Part shown: in pieces, positions 7,762-18,700 of the stretch
Layout: every line of letters begins with the position of its first letter
Position numbering within the stretch: the first letter of the stretch is position 1
DNA from: a virus
Lineage: Duplodnaviria; Caudoviricetes
DNA length: 64,000 nt
IMG/VR virus record: IMGVR_UViG_3300028591_000090
Location: 119,631 to 183,630 of that record
Direction: 5' to 3' (one strand)
Made by a program: the position numbers and the translations under genes
Notes under the pieces: generated by a model
What the model saw: only the letters and a program-made list of their open reading frames with translations
Told to the model about the DNA's origin: nothing
The model's database searches: none

Positions 7762-8958
7762 TTATAAGTTATCGAAAATCCAACCAATCGCCTGCTTTGC
7801 AGTTACCATAGCCATCAATGCCGCATCATTACGTATCATATTTAGAACAGTGTTGTGGAATGCGATATGACATCCGCCATATGAAGTTACAACTTGCAAT
7901 TTGCTTATTACAAGCTCCACTGAATCCCTCGACAACAATCCACAATATGACAACGATATGTCGTTTGAAATATTACCGCAGGAAATTATGTCGGTAATTC
8001 TGGTATTATATCTGACAATTGCCGATGATGTATCTATACCGTTAGGCATATTAGGAATGGACATAACATTTAATTGGTAGAATGGGATATTGCCAGTGGC
8101 TGCCTGATAATTGTTATATGCCGAAGTTGAATTACATCCATACATATAGTTTACTGATGACGCTGTTGTACCAGATATGTTAAGGCAATTCAAACTATTG
8201 TATTTCAATGAGAAGCAATCCCTAAACAAACTATTATAGTTTATTGCGGATGACGGAAATGAGGATGATAGATTCCATATCACATCCTCCAAATAGTAAC
8301 AACCGTTAAATGCCCCACTGTAGTCGGTACATATGGACAAATCAACATTGCTCAAATCGACATATGTCAAATCTTCTCTATTCTGTGAGCAAATGTTTGA
8401 TATTGATGGTGGCTGTATTGGATTAGGAAACTCCAATCTTTTAATTTTTGTGTCGTTAAACATATAAGACATTATTACGTTGCCTGCTGCCCTTTGATAT
8501 AAACCACTTGTGTCAAACTCTTCCAAACTTGTACAAAGTCTGCATAATGAGTGGAAACCAGATGATTTGACTTTCCAACCCTTTACAGATTTCAAGTTAG
8601 TGCAGGCGAATGTGCCAGTTTGGTTGTTTGCATATTGACCGAATGTAGATGTGGTTGTTGCATACGCACCCTTTCCAATCTTCCAGTTGTCGCTAAACCT
8701 TACTGATACGAGTTTATCAGCTTCTGCTTGACTTTGATGAGAAAACATATATGAATATGATGATATGTAGTAACCATCTGTGTAGTATCTCCAATAGCCA
8801 TTAGCATCAGTAGGTACTGTTATTACCTGAAGCCCTGGCGTAATATAATCATTTGTGTATGTCAACTCAAAAGTCAATGTGCTGTTTGCAACATTGCAAT
8901 ACCCTTCTATGTATTGTCTTCTTGATTGAGCCATCAAATTTGTCTTCCATCCGCTCAT
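7762..8958 (-). CDS. BspA/DUF285-like leucine-rich-repeat adhesin, likely receptor-binding accessory protein
   Basis: Repeats SYMFSHQ, MSYMFNDTKIKRL, SGAFNGCYYLEDV, NSLFRDCFSLK. GC is elevated. Confidence 0.6.
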   Translation of the reverse strand: MSGWKTNLMAQSRRQYIEGYCNVANSTLTFELTYTNDYITPGLQVITVPTDANGYWRYYTDGYYISSYSYMFSHQSQAEADKLVSVRFSDNWKIGKGAYATTTSTFGQYANNQTGTFACTNLKSVKGWKVKSSGFHSLCRLCTSLEEFDTSGLYQRAAGNVIMSYMFNDTKIKRLEFPNPIQPPSISNICSQNREDLTYVDLSNVDLSICTDYSGAFNGCYYLEDVIWNLSSSFPSSAINYNSLFRDCFSLKYNSLNCLNISGTTASSVNYMYGCNSTSAYNNYQAATGNIPFYQLNVMSIPNMPNGIDTSSAIVRYNTRITDIISCGNISNDISLSYCGLLSRDSVELVISKLQVVTSYGGCHIAFHNTVLNMIRNDAALMAMVTAKQAIGWIFDNL

Positions 8959-8963
8959 AACAA

Positions 8964-10436
8964 TTATAACATTTTTACAATTACACCGTTTCCATTTTGA
9001 AAACAGAAACTATAAGTGGCGTTTGCCTCTATTGTTACGTCACCTTGCCATTTTGTAATACTACTCAAACCAGTATTATTCCTTATGTCACCACTTGTAG
9101 TTGAGGTAAATGTGCCGTTATATTCGGCAGTACCAGGATTTGCCGGAAGTGCAATAGTTGAGTAGTTAATTGTGCCCAATTCGTTAAATGAGCCTGATAC
9201 CAATGTCGCTGTTGATGAAACAGGTGGTGCTATCTGTAACCATCGGGCGTCACCATCTGACCTTTTTAAAACTTGATTATCTGCTGTTGCTGCCCCTGTT
9301 GTAATATATAATGCTCTAACCGCTAAACCATTTGTAAATACTCTTGCTAATATTAAATCCGCACTATCACCATTTGTCCTGCCAATACTTAAATTTGCTC
9401 CAAATTTCTGTAAAAAATATGTTTCGTAACCATTTGATGGGAAATTTATCTTTATCGACTCAGACATATTCAAAGCACCTGTCATAGTGTCTCCAGACTT
9501 GTTCACTTTGTTTGGCATGTCAGCAACAAGTTCCGCTATCTGACGGACTTTTGTAGCATTGATTCCGCTGTTCAGTGCGTCTATCCACTCTTGCGAGAAT
9601 TCTGTATCATTAAGAGTCATAAGCAACGCCCATACAGGGGCTGTCGTCTCTGTCTGTGCCACTGAACAAAAGTACTTTGCTGCCGGAAATATCAAGTCGT
9701 ATGTATGTTCCGGCAATGTACTATCTGCAATATCATCGATAGTATCAGTTTGCTCGACAACAAACTCCATAACTGCATCTACTTTAGAAGGCATATTTTC
9801 AAAGAATGTAACAAATATTACTCTCTTTCCTTCGTGCACTGTCTCTGAGTCATCATAGAAGTACAATGACATCTTCGTTCTGAAAGTTGTCTGAATCAAG
9901 TCTGTCTGATTGCCATCAGGAAGATTTATTTTTCCCCATCCACTTCCTGTCTTTATTCTTTGGTATTTAATGCTGTGTGCGTAGAAGAAGAACTTCGACT
10001 CATCTGCGAGAACTATAGTGGTATCATTTGTAGACACATAGACTCCTGATGCACTACCACATTCATGCACAACGCCGTCTTTTACCTTGTACCACGGACC
10101 TATTTCAAGGCATGTCACTGTTCCTCCAATCAAACTCTTGTAGGTAGATGACTGCACTGCGAATGGTGATGTAAAATCTTGATTTGCAAGAACTGGCTGG
10201 TTTGCATTTCTCTGGATTGCTTCCGACATTTGTGTGTTTGTCACAAGTTTGTCCATAGTAGATGCAGACTCTGGTATAACCTCTTGAATGTCAGATATAT
10301 TACCACGTATGTCAGAATGCGTTGAATTGTCGGTGTTATGCGTTGATATTGCAGATCCGATAGAACCACTTGTAAGTGATTTTATTTTGCTCCACACTCT
10401 TATAAGACCTTCCTCATTTAAAATATCATTTAACAT
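8964..10436 (-). CDS. Tail fibre protein
   Basis: N-terminal LNEEGLIRVWSKIK, HNTDNSTHSDIR, and KVNKSGDTMTGAL (T4 gp34/gp36-type fibre motif). Confidence 0.7.
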   Translation of the reverse strand: MLNDILNEEGLIRVWSKIKSLTSGSIGSAISTHNTDNSTHSDIRGNISDIQEVIPESASTMDKLVTNTQMSEAIQRNANQPVLANQDFTSPFAVQSSTYKSLIGGTVTCLEIGPWYKVKDGVVHECGSASGVYVSTNDTTIVLADESKFFFYAHSIKYQRIKTGSGWGKINLPDGNQTDLIQTTFRTKMSLYFYDDSETVHEGKRVIFVTFFENMPSKVDAVMEFVVEQTDTIDDIADSTLPEHTYDLIFPAAKYFCSVAQTETTAPVWALLMTLNDTEFSQEWIDALNSGINATKVRQIAELVADMPNKVNKSGDTMTGALNMSESIKINFPSNGYETYFLQKFGANLSIGRTNGDSADLILARVFTNGLAVRALYITTGAATADNQVLKRSDGDARWLQIAPPVSSTATLVSGSFNELGTINYSTIALPANPGTAEYNGTFTSTTSGDIRNNTGLSSITKWQGDVTIEANATYSFCFQNGNGVIVKML

Positions 10437-10455
10437 TTCTTATATTATGTTTTTT

Positions 10456-13248
10456 TTACACACAAATTTCGTCTATTCTTTCATTAGTAATATAAGATAT
10501 ATATCCTCCTAACGATTCATATCCGTTTTCTGTTTTAACGAAATTGGTTGACGGTGGATAAACACCTATAATAGTTTCTGGTGTAAAACCATCATATACA
10601 TCTACTGCTTCTTGTATAGAATATACATCACCAACATTAGCATTATCTGGTAAATCTTCATACGTTTGAACTTCTCCAGAAAAGTTCATTTTTTTCAATA
10701 TAGAAATTCCGTTTACTTTTACATCTGTAGAAATTAAATCTATATATCCAATAGAAGATATTGTTAATGGATTTATTGTAGATGTTATTTTTGAACTACC
10801 ATTTCCAAATTTTATTTCATCTAATACTTCTATATTGATAGATTTTAATTTATCTGTATATAAAGTATACGATTCGTTCATTGTCATTCTTCCGTGATGC
10901 ATAGCAATAGCAGCCGAATGTGTTACATTTGCATCTACAGTTGTTAATTCAGAAGCAATTATTGCTGTATAGTTTCCTAATTTATCATTCGGATTACCAC
11001 CATTTGAAGATAATATAGTATTATAACTACCTGTAATTTGTGGATTACAATTTGATGTTGAAACTAAATTATAATTACCTAATATTTGTGTGCCACCTGT
11101 TGTATTAGAAGACAACACAGTATTGTATACGCCATTTATATCTGAACCACTATTAATACGACTTGATAAAACAGAAGTATAATTACTGATTATATTCACT
11201 CCACCATCCAAAAAAGAAGATGATATTTTAACAAATTCACCAGCAATATACGGTGCAATAGTTTCTGAACTATCAATAGAAGAAAATTTTAGAAAATTAT
11301 ATGAATCATCAATATATTTACCTATATAAAGATTAGAATGTGCATAGGTTGTTGATATAGATACATATTCAGAAGACTCTTCATTATCTGTATCTTCACA
11401 TATAGTAAAAGCAGAATTAAAATTTACAGACGAAAAAGTAAAATATTTATGAAATTCTGCTTGAGAACCATTTTGATTATTTCCAAAACCTCCATTTGTT
11501 ATATTAACAGATGAAAAAGTCGAATAAGATTGTTTATAGGAACCAGCAGTAATATAAGATGTTAAAATCAATGAATTATTACCATTCATTACAAAACCGC
11601 TTGCATTTGTTAATAAAAGTCCGACTTTTTCTCCTCTCAAATCGAAAGCAGATATATCAGAACTTATTATTGCAGATTGACTTAAATCTTCTGTTGAACC
11701 ATCTGATATATTTGATGTTGTAATAAAAGATTTACTTCCATACATGCCAACAGAATGTATATCAGATGCAAAAATAGCAGAGTCATTGAAATAAAATCCC
11801 ATACCTGACGCACCTAATCTGTTTGCTGCAAGGATAGAACGAAATGCAGAAATATACGAATTTCCCTCGAAAATATTGTTAAAAAATGATGTATAAGAAC
11901 CATCATATCTTATTTGATCATTAAAGACATTGGAACTTATAAGTGTTGACTTACTTTCTGAATATGAACCAATATATGTAACAGCAGAATTACTCATCTC
12001 GTTACCTATAATAACAAGAGACTTTCCTTTTATTCTCATATGCTGTAAATCATCTGTAGAATAGTTTGCAGATATTAAACTATATGTAATATCTCCATAA
12101 TTTAACAAACCAGAAGATCCAGAACCTTGCGTTGCTGTTGACGTTATCTGTGTTTTATTTGCAATAAAAGCAGAATATGAAAAACCATCAAGTTTAATAT
12201 TTTCAGATGCTATTAATGCATCATAATTATTGTAATTACCTATATTTATATTATTACAACTTATAATAGAAATATTACTACTCCTTTCATTTTCTATAGC
12301 ATCTGGTGCAACTATGGTATTAGAAGAAAGTGCTGTTGATTCTGGTATTAATAATAAAATAGAATCTGCTCCATCTATATAACCTTGTCTTGTTGGTCGT
12401 ATTGATGTTTCAAATCCAGTTCCACCGTGTTTCCAAATTTCTTCTTTTGTAATTGGTCCTAATGATTCCCACGTACATGGAGGGGTATCATCTATACAAA
12501 CATACTCTGAAAATTCTTCGCTTCCTTCTAAACCAACAAGATACACATCTCCTTTTTCTGCATATGGTGGTAAATCTTCAACTGTATCAACTCTACCTTT
12601 AATATTAAATACACTCGGAATTTTCTTAAAAGATACATTGTGATTTTCATCAACATATAATATATCTCCGATATTCGCTGATTCAGAAGCAGTTATGTTT
12701 TTTAATGCTGTTTGTCTATCTGCAACGTCTGATAAATTGGCAGATTTTAATAAAAAAGAATTTGATAAGTTTAGCATTACAATATCAACATATCTTGTTG
12801 AACCACCTTGTGCCGTTTGTATAGAAATATCAGAACCTTCACCATCAAATTCAGTACCATCTGTAATAAATTTATATATTCTGTTTGTTCCTGAACAAGC
12901 AACAAAAGGCTCATCTTCACAAAGACATTGGTCTTCGATTACTTCTTTATTTGGATAAACGTGTATTGTGCTTATTGGTAATCCATCGTCTGCAATACCA
13001 AATTGAAACCAATTTGATTTTTGTCCCCAATCTGAATCAGCAACCGTATTTCCATAATATTGATACAACGAACCTTTAGCAACAACAATATAATTTATTT
13101 TTCTTCTACCCTCTGTAATAGATATAGGTTGAAAATCAGACCATCTTGATTCTGTAATATAAAAACCTCTTACATCGTTAGAATCAACAATAGCATAATT
13201 TTCATTTTCGTGTTTTAATATATCTGGAAATTTAACTCCGTTGCTCAT
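10456..13248 (-). CDS. Tail fibre/spike with beta-solenoid repeats
   Basis: LKSANLSDVADRQTALKNI fibre motif, GRVDTVEDLP...GDVYLVG module, S/N/G/I-rich repeats. Confidence 0.7.
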   Translation of the reverse strand: MSNGVKFPDILKHENENYAIVDSNDVRGFYITESRWSDFQPISITEGRRKINYIVVAKGSLYQYYGNTVADSDWGQKSNWFQFGIADDGLPISTIHVYPNKEVIEDQCLCEDEPFVACSGTNRIYKFITDGTEFDGEGSDISIQTAQGGSTRYVDIVMLNLSNSFLLKSANLSDVADRQTALKNITASESANIGDILYVDENHNVSFKKIPSVFNIKGRVDTVEDLPPYAEKGDVYLVGLEGSEEFSEYVCIDDTPPCTWESLGPITKEEIWKHGGTGFETSIRPTRQGYIDGADSILLLIPESTALSSNTIVAPDAIENERSSNISIISCNNINIGNYNNYDALIASENIKLDGFSYSAFIANKTQITSTATQGSGSSGLLNYGDITYSLISANYSTDDLQHMRIKGKSLVIIGNEMSNSAVTYIGSYSESKSTLISSNVFNDQIRYDGSYTSFFNNIFEGNSYISAFRSILAANRLGASGMGFYFNDSAIFASDIHSVGMYGSKSFITTSNISDGSTEDLSQSAIISSDISAFDLRGEKVGLLLTNASGFVMNGNNSLILTSYITAGSYKQSYSTFSSVNITNGGFGNNQNGSQAEFHKYFTFSSVNFNSAFTICEDTDNEESSEYVSISTTYAHSNLYIGKYIDDSYNFLKFSSIDSSETIAPYIAGEFVKISSSFLDGGVNIISNYTSVLSSRINSGSDINGVYNTVLSSNTTGGTQILGNYNLVSTSNCNPQITGSYNTILSSNGGNPNDKLGNYTAIIASELTTVDANVTHSAAIAMHHGRMTMNESYTLYTDKLKSINIEVLDEIKFGNGSSKITSTINPLTISSIGYIDLISTDVKVNGISILKKMNFSGEVQTYEDLPDNANVGDVYSIQEAVDVYDGFTPETIIGVYPPSTNFVKTENGYESLGGYISYITNERIDEICV

Positions 13249-13259
13249 TATGATACAAA

Positions 13260-15017
13260 TTATTTAAAAGTAATTTTTGTTCCTGTTCTATATGAACCTC
13301 TCGTTGTTGATTGATATAAAACATATAAAACAGAATGTCCCCATTGATTTGTAAAGTTATATGTACCAACATTTTCAAATGTATCAGCGATTGGTACACC
13401 GTGCATAAACACTTTTGTAATATTTCCCCAAGAAGCAGGATAAGCAAAATATGTATAATTTGCTACACTTTTATTCTCACTATCTGTAACAAAAGATATG
13501 CCTTTACCAATAAAATCATCAGATAAAACGTAATTAAGATTATCTATAACACTTTGTGCATTTGTACTATCATTTTTAATATCGTATACACTTGAACCAA
13601 AACGTACAGAATTTCTACCATATACAGTAAAAGTTCTTACTGTTTGTGTTATAGGTGTTACATCTATATCTTCATCTGTTGCAATAGTCCATATATAAGA
13701 ACCCTCTTCTATATTAAATGTTTTTGTTGCTTCCGTCGCCTCTATTGGACTTTCTTCATAAGCAACAGTTGAATCGAAACCATTACCATCAATATATGCC
13801 GAATCTAAATTGAAATTTGTTGAAAATACAGCATCAGAAACTGTTACTGGCTGACCAACCTCTAAACTATCACCATCTTCCGCATAAGCATTTTCAAAAT
13901 TAATATAAAATTCATCAAACATATTTGGTGAGAATATCTTTTTAACTACATCAGAAAGAGTTTCACCGTTCTTAAATACATCTCCCTCTTTGACACCACC
14001 GATAGTATAATAACTTGTTATATCAGAATTGATATAAGAATCACCACTATTAGAATCTAATGGCAACCAAACACTACCATTATATCCCATAAAGTGACCA
14101 ATGCTGGTATCAAATATTATATTACCTACCGTTTCATTATTCGATTGACCTAATATCAAACCATTTGTTACAAATAAATCGCCTTCTCTATTTGTACCAA
14201 ATACAAGAGAATTATTCTGTATTACGTTCAAATGTGCGTTATTTGTCGAATTTATTGCAAAATCATCGTCTGCAATTACCTTAATAGAAAACACATTCTC
14301 AAAATTTGAAATTTCATTATGTATTTCTTTCGCACCAAATGTATCTATTGAAGATAATACTTGTGTTGCTTTTACTGGCAACGAATTAACACCATTAGAA
14401 CCAATTGCATTATTATCAAAATAAGCATAAAAACTTAAATTTGGAGAATAATCCAAATCATTAGAAGATGCTATAATAGCAATATCTGGCGTTTGTGCTT
14501 TATTTTTTGCAGAATAGATTCTTAAATTTATATTTTTTAACGCATTATTATTAGCATCAAAGTTTCCATATTGTTGTATATCAACACTTCTACTCGTTGT
14601 ATCTTCACTTAAATATGTAGCAGAAACAAATTTTTTCCCTTCACCAACTTTAAGTAATGTTCCCTCTGTAACAAGTTTTAAATCTACTTTTGCTTGTATT
14701 TTATTATTATTAATTTCCCAATATATTGTATTTGTATTCTCTACTTTTGCGTTTTCTCTATTAACGTCAAAATCATTTACAGATAAGAAATTCTTTATTG
14801 CATCATTCAAATAAATTTTATTTACAGCGTCTAAATCATCAACTGGTGCATTTATTTTTATTCTACCATTATTGTCTCTCATTACAAGAGAATTAGAACT
14901 ATATTCTGCACTATATGTCAATCCATTTTTAATAACATTATTGTTATCTACAATTAAAATGGTGTTGGTTTTTGTGAAATCAATATTAAATTCTTTTATC
15001 TGTTTTATTCGTATCAT
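13260..15017 (-). CDS. Virion structural protein (tail fibre-associated)
   Basis: APVDDLDAVNKIYL fibre neck motif, C-terminal YTYFAYPASWG domain, late motif upstream. Confidence 0.55.
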   Translation of the reverse strand: MIRIKQIKEFNIDFTKTNTILIVDNNNVIKNGLTYSAEYSSNSLVMRDNNGRIKINAPVDDLDAVNKIYLNDAIKNFLSVNDFDVNRENAKVENTNTIYWEINNNKIQAKVDLKLVTEGTLLKVGEGKKFVSATYLSEDTTSRSVDIQQYGNFDANNNALKNINLRIYSAKNKAQTPDIAIIASSNDLDYSPNLSFYAYFDNNAIGSNGVNSLPVKATQVLSSIDTFGAKEIHNEISNFENVFSIKVIADDDFAINSTNNAHLNVIQNNSLVFGTNREGDLFVTNGLILGQSNNETVGNIIFDTSIGHFMGYNGSVWLPLDSNSGDSYINSDITSYYTIGGVKEGDVFKNGETLSDVVKKIFSPNMFDEFYINFENAYAEDGDSLEVGQPVTVSDAVFSTNFNLDSAYIDGNGFDSTVAYEESPIEATEATKTFNIEEGSYIWTIATDEDIDVTPITQTVRTFTVYGRNSVRFGSSVYDIKNDSTNAQSVIDNLNYVLSDDFIGKGISFVTDSENKSVANYTYFAYPASWGNITKVFMHGVPIADTFENVGTYNFTNQWGHSVLYVLYQSTTRGSYRTGTKITFK

Positions 15018-15076
15018 CGGACTAAAAATACTTTACGCTTTTATTTATTTATGAAAAAGCATATAGTATTTTCTAC

Positions 15077-15751
15077 CTACCAAATAACATTCAAAGGTAA
15101 TCTTTTTTTTACTCTCGCTCTCCAAGCATCAAGAGGTATTCGCTTTTCCTTGTCAAAATGACCATTTAATCTTATTTTCCAATATATATCACAAGTTAAT
15201 CCTAAATGAAAACAAACATCACCTAAATGTACATCTTCTACACCCCAATAACCCTCAATAGATGTATCAAAAAGTTCCCCTTGGAAATCTAATACTCGAT
15301 TTATTGCAGAACGTCTCATATATAACCCACAAGAATAAAATCCATTATGTAAATGACCATACACTTGGTTATATTTCTTAAACCATTTTGGATCGTCTCT
15401 TTCGTCGTCTTCAACAGGAAATAATACAATATCTTTTTTTATTTTTGTAAACCCATTACAAAATGTTTTAATAAAACGGTCTCCGTCCATAAAAATCACA
15501 TCTGATTCAGAACGAGTATTTTTCAATCCTAAATTTCTGCAAGAAGAAACCTTTCTACCATCTTCTTTATTAAAATCAGTTGTTACAAAAAATTCATTAA
15601 GTGATTCTAATATTTTATCACTTCCGTCTGTACAACGGTCCAATACCCAAACTCTACGAGCATTTGGTAAGCACCGTTTTAAACTCGATAGCATTTTTTG
15701 TATACTATCCTTTTCGTTTTGCCCTATAATTACAATATCAATCATATTCAA
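15077..15751 (-). CDS. Glycosyltransferase family 2
   Basis: IDIVIIGQNE, VLDRCTDGS, RNLGL, IFMDGD (DxD), YWGVEDVHLG. ATG 15745 is an alternative start. Confidence 0.85.
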   Translation of the reverse strand: MNMIDIVIIGQNEKDSIQKMLSSLKRCLPNARRVWVLDRCTDGSDKILESLNEFFVTTDFNKEDGRKVSSCRNLGLKNTRSESDVIFMDGDRFIKTFCNGFTKIKKDIVLFPVEDDERDDPKWFKKYNQVYGHLHNGFYSCGLYMRRSAINRVLDFQGELFDTSIEGYWGVEDVHLGDVCFHLGLTCDIYWKIRLNGHFDKEKRIPLDAWRARVKKRLPLNVIW

Positions 15752-18700
15752 CTAAAATGGCGTTCCTTGTGCTTGAACATATTTAGTAGAACTTAACCAC
15801 CATTCTTCTGAATCCCAAATAAGAGTCACCATGCATCTTTCTAAAGAATTTCCTATAGTAAAATCTACATTATCTGGGTTGTTTACTGGTGCAAAATCTT
15901 CTGATTCAAACATCAAGTCTCTGTTCCCTATATTATCTTGTATTACTTTTACGTTTATAGTTATTGATTTGTTATTTGGCATTGTCGGCAATGTTACAAC
16001 TGTCATATTTGATGTTAAATTAACAATCAACATTTCAGTTAATTCCTCTAATGTTGGTGCAATATTATCATCATTAGAAACAATTACATTTGTATATTTT
16101 TTATCTGTAATTATCTCATTTGTATCTATATTACGAATATAAGTAACATCAGATTTTTCTGCAACTTTATTGTTACAATTTATCATTACAACATTATCAA
16201 ATGTATTCGTATTACCACAACCAGAAATTATTGCAGAATTATTACCACGATTTAATGAATTCAACGAGAATACATAAGAATAATCTGCATTGTTTATATT
16301 TCCACAACCAGATGTATACGAACAATTACCAAATGTTATATTTGATTTACCTTCTGTATGAGAGGCATTTCCTGATGTAGAGTTTGTTATACCCTCAGTA
16401 TGGATTCCAATTCCTGAATTATAACTTAATACATACCAAGTTTTAGTCAAATCAATTGGCTTATTGGTAGTATAAGTTTCAGTAAGAGAATCATATCCAG
16501 TTATCTTAATGATATTTGATTCATTACCGTTGAATCCAAGATCTATATTGTCAGGATCGTCTGTAATAAATGCAATATCTTGAATGAATAAACCATGTTC
16601 ATGTAATCCAACTGGAACTATATAATAGCCACCTTGATTTTCTGATATATTCAATTCAAATGAAACACCAAGACCTTCTATACTAGATGCAGTTACATTT
16701 ATAGAGCGATTTCCAATACCGGACATAGAAATACTTCTTGAATTATTCAAAATATTTTCTTCACCAGACATAATAAATCTAGAAGAACCGTCAAGAGATT
16801 TATTAACACACCCAAATATAGCGGCACCTGTAACATTTTCAATAGTATGACCGTATCCAGATATTGTAGATAGATTATTCCACCCAGAAAATCTAAAATC
16901 TGTACCAACAATTATACTTGTTAAAATTGATATATCTTCATTTTCATCTATCTTTCCAAAGTTATATCCAATTAAACATGCACCAGTTATAGACGTTATG
17001 TTATTATTATAACCATTTACAACAGATTGAATTATACTATTTATCGTATTATTAGATCCACTAAATAACGCCTGGCTTGCAGAGTCAATCGTATTATTAT
17101 TACCAGATAATACAGAACCACTAACAGATGTTGTAATTGTATTTGTTTGACCAATAACTAAAGAAGAATACAAGTTATTCGTTGTATTATTATTACCAGA
17201 TAATATAGAAGAGCCTGCAAAATTGTTTATTTTATTTAAAGTACCTGATACAAAACTACTTTGTGTATTATACACAACATTATTACTACCTGATACTAAT
17301 GACGCACCATTTGAAAAATCATTTCCAGTATCCCTCATAGTATTGTTTTCACCACAAATAAGGTTATTACTCATATAATAACTTGATTCGTTTGTGTTTT
17401 CTAACAAGTTATTATGACCAAACATAGCACACCCTCTTAAATCAGTATGCTCCCAATCTGTTGCACGAGAATTCATGTCGTATCCAACAATAGCATTACC
17501 AGAACCTCTAACTTTAGAATTACTAGAAACAATCAATGAAGATGACGTATATTGAATGTTAAGATTGTAACCTACAACAACTGAATAATTAGAACCATAT
17601 GATATAGTTGAATTACCAATATTCAATATTGACTTATAAATAGAATTAGATGTCTGACTTCCCTCTTTAAATTTTATATAATTTAAAGCTGCAAAACTAT
17701 ATACTATTTCTCCATAAACTCTATACGTATCTTCCGGCTGTCTATATACATCAGAACTACCAGTTACAAAACTACCAACAAATTTATTTGCATATAACTC
17801 GATACCGGTTACTACAGAAGACGTTACATTGTTTATCTTATTTCCAGCACCAGAAACAACAGATTGAGATATTTGACCTAAAGGATCATCTATATTAGAT
17901 AATGTATGACCATAACCTGTAATTAAACTATGATTAGCATTATATACCTTACAAGAATTTCCCAATACATACGTTTCAGGAGAATTATATACCCTATTTA
18001 AACTTCCTGCAATTAACGTACCGTTGTTCGGATAATAAGTAGGCTTTGTATAATTTAATTTATTATTTATACCAAATATAGCAATACCACCAAACCATTG
18101 CCTATTATTAGAATCAAAAGTCTGATTTAATTCATGTTCTGAACCAACAACAATACTACAATTAAGTATAGTGTTATTAAAATTAGATGCTTGATTATTA
18201 TAACTTTGACCAACGATAACACTAGAATGAGAAGTAATCCTATGATTACTTCCAACAGAAATTGTAGAATACGCATATTCAATTGTTGGATTATAACAAT
18301 TTAATAGAGAATTTTCAATACCAGTTGTTGTTGCGGTAAACATATAATAACAACCAAGTAACGCACTAGATGTTATATAAGGGAAGTTATTATCACCTCC
18401 ATATGTTAATAATACAAGTCCTCCATTTATAGTGTTATCTGTCTTAAAATAATTTGATGATATAATTGAACTTATCGAAGATCCAACTTCATTAAAAGAA
18501 CCTGTTATAATACTATTTGATGCCGAGTTTATTGTGTTTTCTGAACCTTCAACAAAAGAACAACTTATATTTTGTGCTTTATTTTTATAACCGGTCAACA
18601 TAGAACATGTTGATTGTGCAGACGTAGAATTTCCTATTGGTTCTACAGAATTTTTCTTTCCAAACAAGAAAGTATTATCTATAGAAGCAGATATAATTTT

